Part shown: positions 8,638 through 16,443 of the stretch, piece after piece
Layout: each line of letters begins with the position of its first letter
How positions within the stretch are numbered: the stretch's first letter is position 1
NCBI GenBank assembly: GCA_964476015.1
Contig: CAYYZT010000002.1
Span: 1 to 41,924 of the forward strand
Origin: an uncultured Chitinophaga sp.
GTDB lineage: Bacteria > Bacteroidota > Bacteroidia > Chitinophagales > CAIOSU01
Reading direction: 5' to 3'
Length of the DNA stretch: 41,924 bases
Program-made: the position numbers and the translations under genes
The notes under the pieces: generated by a model
What the model was told of the DNA's origin: nothing
Database searches by the model: none
What the model saw: only the letters and a program-made list of their open reading frames with translations

Positions 8638-9416
8638 TGGATAAGAGGAAGGCAAAGTTTGTTCGTTCCCATGAATTGTCAATGGGGCTTGTCGGAGTTT
8701 CGGAGGGTCTAGCTCAGGAAATTGAAAAAATGAATATGCGACTTGACCAACCTTATCTGAGTAACGAAGATTTGTCTATAGCAAGGTCAATGGTTAAGCA
8801 ACAGCTTGCACGATTTGAACAACTCGCAAAGATGTATGACGTATGTTATGGCGACTATGTAAAAGATAAGTTCAATTTCAAACCAGTACCTGCGGATTTT
8901 GCTAATTGGTTTTTTGATGGTCTTTCTATTAAGGTGTCACTAAACCCAGACATTCGATTTAGCGCAAAAGATTACTTAGAGTATTGTGCTCTGAAAAAGA
9001 AAGAGTTGGATAGTATTGCCGATACACTAAATAAAAGAGAGGTTCAAAAGCTACTTACTAAGGAGGACAAAAAGGAGATTATAGAATCTCATTTAAAATT
9101 CATGAATGGTGTGAACCCTTCTCAAGAAAGTATACTAACCCCAAATGACTATGAATGGCTTTTATCAAAAACGATAGAATTAGTTGAAATAGGGGAATGC
9201 CCAACTATTGAAAAAGCTATCAGACCTAAAATTTCAGCTACATCAATTAGCTATACATTCTACCTTATACATAAGGAAATCTTTACCACAAGACCCATTA
9301 GAGATGGTTTTATTGACTTCTTAAATAGGGCGTTTAAACAATTTGCCAATACCGAATGGACAACTATAAAAACTAAATTCAGTGTCAAGCATAAAGGATT
9401 TCCGTACCAGCAATAG
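8637..9416 (+). CDS. hypothetical protein (259 aa), translationally coupled to the integrase
   Basis: Its ATG overlaps the integrase stop (TAATG at 8635-8639). It shares the AT-rich codon usage of the island. I recognised no motif. Confidence 0.55.
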   Translation: MDKRKAKFVRSHELSMGLVGVSEGLAQEIEKMNMRLDQPYLSNEDLSIARSMVKQQLARFEQLAKMYDVCYGDYVKDKFNFKPVPADFANWFFDGLSIKVSLNPDIRFSAKDYLEYCALKKKELDSIADTLNKREVQKLLTKEDKKEIIESHLKFMNGVNPSQESILTPNDYEWLLSKTIELVEIGECPTIEKAIRPKISATSISYTFYLIHKEIFTTRPIRDGFIDFLNRAFKQFANTEWTTIKTKFSVKHKGFPYQQ

Positions 9417-9430
9417 GTAACACTTTTCTT

Positions 9431-9459
9431 TCTTACCATATTCTTACCAATATCTTACT
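9431..9459 (+). promoter_or_regulatory. three helically phased direct repeats TCTTAC(C/T) upstream of the xis-like gene
   Basis: TCTTACC occurs at 9431-9437 and 9442-9448, and TCTTACT at 9453-9459. The spacing is exactly 11 bp. The cluster lies 26 nt upstream of the ATG at 9485. Confidence 0.4.
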
Positions 9460-9484
9460 TGCCTTATTTGCTTTCGTAATCAAA

Positions 9485-9796
9485 ATGAAAGCGATGGCAG
9501 ACCTATTAGCATTAGAACAACGCTTGGAGCGAATAGAAAACCTGTTACTTAATCATAAGGAGGTTTTCAATCTAGATGAGGTAGCGCACTATACTAGCCT
9601 ATCAAAGTCATATCTCTATAAACTCACTTCTACAGGCGGAATACCTTGCTATAGACCTAAGGGTAAGCATCTCTATTTCAAGAAGACAGAAATTGATGAA
9701 TGGTTATTATGTAACCGGATTAGGACTAACGAGGAAATTGATTTGGAAGCCTCCTCAAAAGTTACTTTAGGTAAACACTCCTTTAATAAGGCGTAA
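9485..9796 (+). CDS. helix-turn-helix DNA-binding protein, excisionase/AlpA-like (HTH_17 type)
   Basis: The segment FNLDEVAHYTSLSKSYLYKLTSTGGIPCYRPKGKHLYFKKTEIDEWL matches the MerR-superfamily excisionase HTH pattern that is common beside Bacteroidota integrases. Confidence 0.75.
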   Translation: MKAMADLLALEQRLERIENLLLNHKEVFNLDEVAHYTSLSKSYLYKLTSTGGIPCYRPKGKHLYFKKTEIDEWLLCNRIRTNEEIDLEASSKVTLGKHSFNKA

Positions 9797-9817
9797 CTGT
9801 CCCCCATTTTGGCGACA

Positions 9818-10774
9818 ATGATAGATTCCATATCCATATCAAAACAACTCACTCAAGAGGAGCTGAATATCATTCTTAGTAACTTAAAAGTTAAAGAGGA
9901 GTTGGTTAATGCTAATACTGGAGAGGTGCGAGTAAATGCAAAAGTTGACGAGGTCATTTCAATTTATATAAGGGGAATCCACATGCAATTATGGGGGAGT
10001 TTATCCCAGTTTTATATTGGTAGTAGGGTAACATCCTTACGATGGGGTCAAGTGTCAAAAGCTTTTGAAAGGCTCGAAGAGAAGTTAGGGGTAGAATTAG
10101 GCACAAGCTACTTCACTCGACTGGACTTAGAGGCTACCATGTCCTTACCACATAAAACGAAAAGTTATTTTCCCTACCTAGGAGAACATAAACACTATAA
10201 TAGATTCCAAGATAGAACCACCTTGTATTATTCCAACTCATCCAGGCAAATTTGCATTTATGATAAGGGTTTGGCCTTAGACCCTATTGATAGAAGTTTT
10301 ATTCCAGAACACCAATCCCTTATGCGCTTTGAGGCAAGATACAAATGGAGATTTTTAAAGCGGCTCGCCAAGAATAGAGGAGTGGAAAAGATTAGTGTTA
10401 CGAATATACTAGACCCTACTTTTCAGGAAACCCTAATTGGTTTATGGTTGGCAGAATATAATAGTATTCCCAAGTACCATAAACTCCAGTTTAATATGGA
10501 AAAAGTAGGCAGTGTTAAGGAATTAAAACAAGCACTTGAAGCACATGCTATAGATAGCTTAGGCGGGGTGCATGAAGTTATAAGCATGATAGAAAGAGCT
10601 AGAGCAACAAACATTCAACTAGATAGGAAAATTGCAAGCAAAATGAAGTCTACAATAAGGGCATATACACAACAAACTGACATCGCTATCTCTAGCCCCC
10701 ATATAGCAGAACTAACTATTGCCATATCAATAGCGTACATCGAAAACTTACTAAGTATAAATGAAAGCTACTAA
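9818..10774 (+). CDS. rolling-circle replication initiator-like protein (Rep_trans / phage gene II-X-like)
   Basis: Three ordered motifs resemble the Rep_trans signature: FTRLDLEAT, TLYYSNSSRQICIYDKG and LMRFEARYK. The first ATG is at 9818; the listed start at 9809 is a TTG. Confidence 0.5.
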   Translation: MIDSISISKQLTQEELNIILSNLKVKEELVNANTGEVRVNAKVDEVISIYIRGIHMQLWGSLSQFYIGSRVTSLRWGQVSKAFERLEEKLGVELGTSYFTRLDLEATMSLPHKTKSYFPYLGEHKHYNRFQDRTTLYYSNSSRQICIYDKGLALDPIDRSFIPEHQSLMRFEARYKWRFLKRLAKNRGVEKISVTNILDPTFQETLIGLWLAEYNSIPKYHKLQFNMEKVGSVKELKQALEAHAIDSLGGVHEVISMIERARATNIQLDRKIASKMKSTIRAYTQQTDIAISSPHIAELTIAISIAYIENLLSINESY

Positions 10775-11126
10775 AGCTATATTGTTAACAAGATTAAAAG
10801 ATGTGGCTGCCTATCTTATTGAAGGAAGAAGTAGGGAGTTTATAGTGCAATATGGTTCAGAAAACTGGGAAATAGGAGAACGACAAGCTGACAATTATAT
10901 TAAACAAGCCAGAGATCTTATCGCAAAAGAAGTAGTAAATGATGTAAAGTATGACTTTGCCAAAGCTCTTAAGCGGTTTGAATATCTGTACAATCAGTCG
11001 ATTCTGAAAAATGATATTAAAACCGCTATGGCAATAAATAAAGAAATAGCCAATCTACAGGGGTTGTACAAAACCCAGATAGAGCAAAGCGGAGAGGTGG
11101 TATTTATAAGTAACATACCGGATTAG
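10761..11126 (+). CDS. hypothetical protein (121 aa); its position suggests a small terminase or DNA-binding accessory protein
   Basis: It overlaps the Rep-like gene by 14 nt and ends 23 nt before the TerL-like gene. I recognised no motif, so the functional suggestion rests on position only. Confidence 0.45.
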   Translation: MKATKAILLTRLKDVAAYLIEGRSREFIVQYGSENWEIGERQADNYIKQARDLIAKEVVNDVKYDFAKALKRFEYLYNQSILKNDIKTAMAINKEIANLQGLYKTQIEQSGEVVFISNIPD

Positions 11127-11149
11127 GATAAAAAAAGTAACTTTTTTGA

Positions 11150-12505
11150 ATGAGGATTGACTTTAGCCAATACTACCAACCAAAGCTCAAGCAGACCATA
11201 GCCCACAGCACGAGGGCAAAATACCTGCTATTCGCTGGTGCGTTTGGTGCTGGCAAAAGCTGGTTTCTTTGTACGGAAGCCATAAAGAATGCCCTAAAAT
11301 TCAATGGCAATAGGCTGGTCATTGTCAGGAAGGAGTTATCGGTTATGAAGCGCACAATCCTTGTTACGTTCTTTTCCGTATGCCCTCCGCAACTCATACG
11401 CTCCTTTAATCAGAGCAAAATGGAAGTTACTTTTGTCAATGGCTCTGTACTGACCTTTATTGAGGCCAATGTCTCGAAAGACCCGTTACTAAATAAGTTG
11501 AAAGGGCTGGAAATTGGCTGGTTTGGTATTGATGAAGCCAATGAGGTCAATGAGGAGGTATTCAGGATATTGAAAACCCGCCTTAGATGGGTATTGCCCA
11601 ATAATACGAGGCCACGCTACGAGGGTAGGCTAACCTCTAATCCAGAAAATTGCTGGTTAATACCTGCCTTCATACATTCTACTGACCCCAACCAAGTTTT
11701 TATTCAGTCCATCACAACCGATAACTACTCCGAAGATGACGAGTATGTAGTGAATTTGAAGAATGCCTTTAAGGATAGCCCTAACCTGTATAGAAAGTAC
11801 TTGTTAGGGGATTGGACAAATCTTGACAGCATCAATCAGCTTATATCCAATCTGTCAATATCAAAGGCTGCTGCAAACCTTGAAAATGGCTTTGGAACAT
11901 CTATGGGTGTGGATGTGGCAAGGTTTGGAGGCGACAGTACCGTTTTTACGGTGTTACAGGACGGCAATGTGGTTCTAGTGGAGGATTATGTGGAAACATC
12001 CATAAACGAAGTTGTAACCCGTGCTATAGCTCTTATGGAAAAATTTAGCATCACAGCCGATTGGGTCGGAGTTGATGCAGTAGGTATCGGGGCTGGAGTA
12101 GTGGATAACCTTCGTGCAAGTGGCTATTATGTTCAAGAGATACAGGGAGGCGCAAAACCTGCCGAACTTGAAACGGATGAAGCATTCAAACCCCATAACC
12201 TTCGTGCTCAAATGTACTGGGAGCTGAAAAGGGATATTGATGCAGGTAATATTGGTAACATTACACATCCTACCCTAAAGCACGAACTTTCTATCATTCG
12301 CTATGAGATAATGTCTGACAAGACCGTAAAAATCCTTAGTAAAGAAGCATTAAAAAAGCTATTAGGTAAAAGCCCAGACTTTGCTGACAGCCTTGCCTAT
12401 GCGAATTGGGTAAAAACCCATAGAGGGGCGTATCCTTATGCTTTACCCATATGTGGTGGTGCCGACGAAACAGATAGCAATTCCCAATGGGGCTATTGGA
12501 GATAA
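11150..12505 (+). CDS. phage terminase large subunit-like protein (Terminase_6 / PBSX type)
   Basis: It has Walker A (FAGAFGAGKSW), Walker B (WFGIDEANEV) and a coupling motif (LTSNP). The C-terminal RNase-H-like nuclease carries acidic motifs GVDVARFGGDSTVFTV, VGVDAVGIGAGVVD and SPDFADSLAYA. Confidence 0.8.
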   Translation: MRIDFSQYYQPKLKQTIAHSTRAKYLLFAGAFGAGKSWFLCTEAIKNALKFNGNRLVIVRKELSVMKRTILVTFFSVCPPQLIRSFNQSKMEVTFVNGSVLTFIEANVSKDPLLNKLKGLEIGWFGIDEANEVNEEVFRILKTRLRWVLPNNTRPRYEGRLTSNPENCWLIPAFIHSTDPNQVFIQSITTDNYSEDDEYVVNLKNAFKDSPNLYRKYLLGDWTNLDSINQLISNLSISKAAANLENGFGTSMGVDVARFGGDSTVFTVLQDGNVVLVEDYVETSINEVVTRAIALMEKFSITADWVGVDAVGIGAGVVDNLRASGYYVQEIQGGAKPAELETDEAFKPHNLRAQMYWELKRDIDAGNIGNITHPTLKHELSIIRYEIMSDKTVKILSKEALKKLLGKSPDFADSLAYANWVKTHRGAYPYALPICGGADETDSNSQWGYWR

Positions 12506-12594
12506 TAAACGACTAATTCAAAGATGAAATTTGTAAATTTGGGGCAAACTAAAACAAAGTCATTATAGGGTAAGCTAACGATATACATATAGAT

Positions 12595-12756
12595 ACTGCG
12601 TATGCAGGTCATTGCTCCGTTCAAATACTGGTAATATTTCACTCAAAGGCAAATGACTGTGTAACGCACCCGGCTGGGTGTGTACACTTCATTGCTTTTG
12701 TAGGTTATACCAGTAACCTGAACGGAGGATGTAGTGTTACACACCCTCTTTTTTAA
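12595..12756 (+). other. highly structured non-coding segment (candidate ncRNA, leader, or ori/pac site) ending in a T6 tract
   Basis: An outer helix pairs CTCCGTTCA..TACTGG (12615-12631) with CCAGTA..TGAACGGAG (12710-12727). An inner hairpin spans 12652-12694: AATGA-GTGTA-CACCC, loop GGCT, then GGGTG-TACAC-TCATT. A competing pairing joins GGTGTGTA (12677-12684) with TACACACC (12739-12746). TTTTTT lies at 12749-12754. No ORF covers the segment. Confidence 0.35.
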
Positions 12757-12776
12757 CCACAATTAATGTATCTATT

Positions 12777-14024
12777 ATGAACGCTGGTACAACCAACTCT
12801 AAAAGCACTATTTTGACAGTTCTAAAATGGATTGGAGCATCAATTTTCTTGTTGTCCTTTCTTATGGCCTTAATCAAGGATTTTGCTGTAATTTCAGCCC
12901 TGCTCTTTTTGCTTGGGGGATTGATTCTGCTGCCCCCGATGTCGGCCTTTTGGCAGTCGAAAGTAAAGTTACTTTCAAACAGGCCAGTCAAGGTTATTCT
13001 TTTGTTGATGCTCTTTGTTGCAGGGTTTGTTACCAATCCCAATGCAGGTAAACACAGCGCAAGGAATGAAACGACAAAAAGCGGAAGTGCCTATCAAGCA
13101 TATATTGACCAGACTGAAAAGAATATAAACGGCCTTTCGCAAGAACGCAAAACCCAGAGGGAGAAGATGTATGGGGAGCTAAAGGGAAATCCTATCTATT
13201 TGTCATTGGTGGAACAGAAAGAAGTTTCTACGGAATACTTACCAGTGCTACATGCTATCGCAAACGGAATTAGCCACACAGTGACAGACCAGTTTTCAAT
13301 TGATGAAGAATTGATGAAACAGATAGGGGCTTCCACCAACGGCAGCGATAAAACCCGTTTTGTGGCCGTTGTAGTAGCTTTAGCTGGCAAAGCGAACGGT
13401 GGTGTTCCAAATGAGGTAATTGAGGTCTTTGAACGCTATAAAAACGCTTACCGTATGTATGGGAGTAAAGGGAGTGTGGTTGTAACCGCTAGCGGTCAAC
13501 AAACCACTATTCCAAATGATTTTGACCTGTCTCCGTTTTTCGGAATGGTTGACCCTAAGAATCCAGAAGTATTGAACAGTATTTACGAAGCAAAACAGAA
13601 GAAACTTTCAAGCTGGCCAAATACCCAGCACCCCACCTTTCCTCACTTGGCTTCCAAGACAGGTTACATGAACCACGTAAGAAGTGTTTATCCCGATAGC
13701 CCTTACCTATTGAACGTGGACTATGAAGTAACCGCTTCACAACTTTATGCTTCTTATGACGGCAATGAAGTGGCTGCTGACGAAAAGTATAAAGGTAAGA
13801 AACTGGCAGTAACGGGCATTGTTGGAAACATCTCCAAAGGTATTTTCGATGAAGCCATTGTAAGCCTAGAAATAGGTTTTTTACAAAACATTAATTGTGA
13901 TTTTGGAGATAATACAAAAGCTGTTTCTCGTTTGAGTAAAGGTGACAGAATTACAATTATTGGGAAGTGCGAGGGGTTTATTTTAAGTCAAGTGATATTG
14001 GGAGATTGTGAGGTGTGGCAATAA
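12777..14024 (+). CDS. membrane-anchored protein with C-terminal OB-fold (tRNA_anti-like) domain
   Basis: The N-terminus has 3 hydrophobic helices (IGASIFLLSFLMALI, ISALLFLLGGLILLPP, VILLLMLFVAGFV). The C-terminus reads YEVTASQLYASYDGNEVAADEKYKGKKLAVTGIVGNISKG...GDRITIIGKCEG, typical of the tRNA_anti-like OB-fold family. Confidence 0.6.
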   Translation: MNAGTTNSKSTILTVLKWIGASIFLLSFLMALIKDFAVISALLFLLGGLILLPPMSAFWQSKVKLLSNRPVKVILLLMLFVAGFVTNPNAGKHSARNETTKSGSAYQAYIDQTEKNINGLSQERKTQREKMYGELKGNPIYLSLVEQKEVSTEYLPVLHAIANGISHTVTDQFSIDEELMKQIGASTNGSDKTRFVAVVVALAGKANGGVPNEVIEVFERYKNAYRMYGSKGSVVVTASGQQTTIPNDFDLSPFFGMVDPKNPEVLNSIYEAKQKKLSSWPNTQHPTFPHLASKTGYMNHVRSVYPDSPYLLNVDYEVTASQLYASYDGNEVAADEKYKGKKLAVTGIVGNISKGIFDEAIVSLEIGFLQNINCDFGDNTKAVSRLSKGDRITIIGKCEGFILSQVILGDCEVWQ

Positions 14025-14064
14025 TAATCTGCTTTTATAAATTGTTCAATACACAATAGATGCA

Positions 14065-14091
14065 TTTGATTTAAATAATTTCCTACTTTTG
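14065..14091 (+). promoter_or_regulatory. possible Bacteroidota sigma-A type promoter for the three-gene operon
   Basis: TACTTTTG (14084-14091) fits the TAnnTTTG -7 consensus and lies 22 nt before the ATG at 14114. TTTG at 14065-14068 is a possible -33 element, but the 15-nt spacing is shorter than the usual ~19. Confidence 0.3.
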
Positions 14092-14113
14092 ACCCTTGCT
14101 AATAATTATAGTT

Positions 14114-16432
14114 ATGGGCTCAAAAGCAACCACTCAAATACCAAAATCCCATCAAAACGAAAGGAAATCAAAAAGGAACTTTGAAGCACTTCTTGATGCC
14201 TATAACATGAGGCTAGCTTTCCCATGGGCTGATAATGATTATGGGATAGATTGCCAAGTTGAGCTTATTAGTCCAATCTTTAATTCGGATAGTTTTCGAC
14301 CCGAGAGCAAGTTCTTTTTAATACAGTTAAAATCTACAGAAAAGCCTAAAGTCGTAGGAGAAAAAATATCGTTTCCTATTCAAGTAAAAAAGGTAATACA
14401 ATGGTTTAGCGCAAATCTTCCGGTAATGTTTGTCCTGAATAACCTTACCGCAAAAACCTTTCATATTCTGTGGATTGATGAAAAACTGATTTCTCAATTA
14501 GATAGCGAGAATCCTAACTGGGTAAACCAAGAGAGTATAACACTGAAAATACCCTTCATCCATGACTTTAACGCATATGGTGCAGAGGCTATAAGGGACT
14601 ATGTGATGACATGGAAAGTGCCTTCACGAAAAATCATTGAGCCAGGCACATATTTTGAGCTAAAGGAGAAATGCATTGAGAATCTGCGCCAATACAAACA
14701 GATTGCTAGCCTTTCCAACTTCTCTTCAGTTAATGCTTCCATAAATGCGTTGGAAAAGCAAACTGAGCAAGCAATTTATCGCATTGCAATAACTGGCATG
14801 TCAAGGGTTGGAAAAAGTACTTTAATCAATAGTCTTTTGTACAGAAAAGATGTTTCCCCAACAGGTTTTTTCCAAACTACCGGAGTTCCTATCCAAGTTA
14901 TTCCAAATAGTATTGAGGCGGTTGACATACTTTTTAAGAATGGCAAGAAAGTAACTAAGCCATTTTCATTTGATGTAATTGAAGAATACGCCTCGCAAAC
15001 AAAAAACGAGGATAACAAGAAGGCTGTTTCTTTGGTTGTAATAAAAATTGCAAATAGGCAATTGGAAAGAGGGGTTTCATTTTTCGATATCCCCGGACTT
15101 GATGACCCCGATGATGAAATTTATGCCTATGCATGGAATACTGTAACAAAAGCTAATGCCATACTGTACTTAATTGATGCTTCTCCTTTTGAAAATGGTG
15201 GCTATATATTTAAAGCAGAGTACAAGAAACATCTACTTGAGTTAGGCCAGTCGCTGGATAAAATATTCCTAGTCTTTACAAAAGTGAATGCCCTCTCAGG
15301 AGATAAGCTAATTCTTTTGAAAGAAAGGGTAATGAAGGACTTGCAAAAACTCAATCTATATGAGAAGGTTTCAAGAAAAGTATATTTTATAAGTGCCGAA
15401 GAAAGCTTAGAAATAAGGACAGGAGGTGAGGGTAAAAGTTTGGACTCCGTTCAACTATTGGAGGATGACTTATGGGGCTATTTGTTAAAGGAAAGCAAAA
15501 TTGGATTAGCGAACCTTGGGAATGTAAACCAACAAATTTTGCAATCCATACAAGATTTTAAGAGTCTCCTTAGTGTAAGAATGATAGATAATCAAAAGAG
15601 GAAGGATATTGAGAAAGCAATGATTACTGTTCGGAATAAAATACCCGAGCTAGTAAAGTTGTATAATACTAAGGAAGACGAAATCAAAACAGGTATAACC
15701 AAGTCCCTTAAAAATAAGAAATATGGATTACTACACCAATTGGAAACCTATTTGAAGTCAATCCCACTTAATGGAGATTTACCAAGCAGCCATCAACTCA
15801 AAACCTATTTAGCTCAAGGTGGCCATCAAGCTATTGAAGAAGCAAACAAGGAATACTTTCACCAACTCAATTTACAGCAAGAGCTAATCCACGGATGGAT
15901 TGAGGATAACTTAAAGCAGGTCAGGGATTTGATTGCCGAAAGTACTGCCCAAAGAATCATTGACTTCTCCGATATTGAGAAGTTTGAATCTCCCTCCATT
16001 GATTTATCCTCTTCATTCGGATTTGGTTTTCTGGCAGGTTTTTTGGCATTTCTTGTAAATCCACCTGCAACAATCGCAGCCGGATTTTTTGCATTTTTTG
16101 GAAACCTCTTATTCTCTGCATCAGACAGAAGAGCCAAAAGAATTAGTAAAATAATGGATGCAGCGAGAAGAAGCTACAACTCTCAATTTCAGAAAATTGA
16201 AGAGGGTTATACTTCTTGTATTGATGAAAACTCTCAGAGAATCCTTGATTTCGCAAAAGACAAGGTTATTCTCTTCTTCAATGACCTCACTCTACAAATG
16301 CAAGATTTAGATACCCCAATATTGCCTAGCGAGGAAAAGCTATATGAGAACTCTTTTGAAAAGCTGGAAAAAGTTGAAATAGTAATAAGAAAGCTAAATA
16401 CAGAGATTAATAACTGGTATTCATCAATTTAA
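14114..16432 (+). CDS. fusion protein: DUF4365-like PD-(D/E)xK nuclease-fold N-domain + dynamin-like GTPase + C-terminal hydrophobic (membrane) hairpin
   Basis: The N-terminus has DNDYGIDCQVELI...FFLIQLKSTEK (D/E/K triad spacing, 14231-14332). GTPase motifs are G1 GMSRVGKST (14794-14820), G3 DIPG (15086-15097) and G4 TKVN (15278-15289). A long helical stalk follows, then FGFGFLAGFLAFLVNPPATIAAGFFAFFGNLLF (about 16015-16115). The first ATG is at 14114; the listed 14096 start is a TTG. Confidence 0.7.
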   Translation: MGSKATTQIPKSHQNERKSKRNFEALLDAYNMRLAFPWADNDYGIDCQVELISPIFNSDSFRPESKFFLIQLKSTEKPKVVGEKISFPIQVKKVIQWFSANLPVMFVLNNLTAKTFHILWIDEKLISQLDSENPNWVNQESITLKIPFIHDFNAYGAEAIRDYVMTWKVPSRKIIEPGTYFELKEKCIENLRQYKQIASLSNFSSVNASINALEKQTEQAIYRIAITGMSRVGKSTLINSLLYRKDVSPTGFFQTTGVPIQVIPNSIEAVDILFKNGKKVTKPFSFDVIEEYASQTKNEDNKKAVSLVVIKIANRQLERGVSFFDIPGLDDPDDEIYAYAWNTVTKANAILYLIDASPFENGGYIFKAEYKKHLLELGQSLDKIFLVFTKVNALSGDKLILLKERVMKDLQKLNLYEKVSRKVYFISAEESLEIRTGGEGKSLDSVQLLEDDLWGYLLKESKIGLANLGNVNQQILQSIQDFKSLLSVRMIDNQKRKDIEKAMITVRNKIPELVKLYNTKEDEIKTGITKSLKNKKYGLLHQLETYLKSIPLNGDLPSSHQLKTYLAQGGHQAIEEANKEYFHQLNLQQELIHGWIEDNLKQVRDLIAESTAQRIIDFSDIEKFESPSIDLSSSFGFGFLAGFLAFLVNPPATIAAGFFAFFGNLLFSASDRRAKRISKIMDAARRSYNSQFQKIEEGYTSCIDENSQRILDFAKDKVILFFNDLTLQMQDLDTPILPSEEKLYENSFEKLEKVEIVIRKLNTEINNWYSSI

Positions 16433-16443
16433 CATTGAAAATC

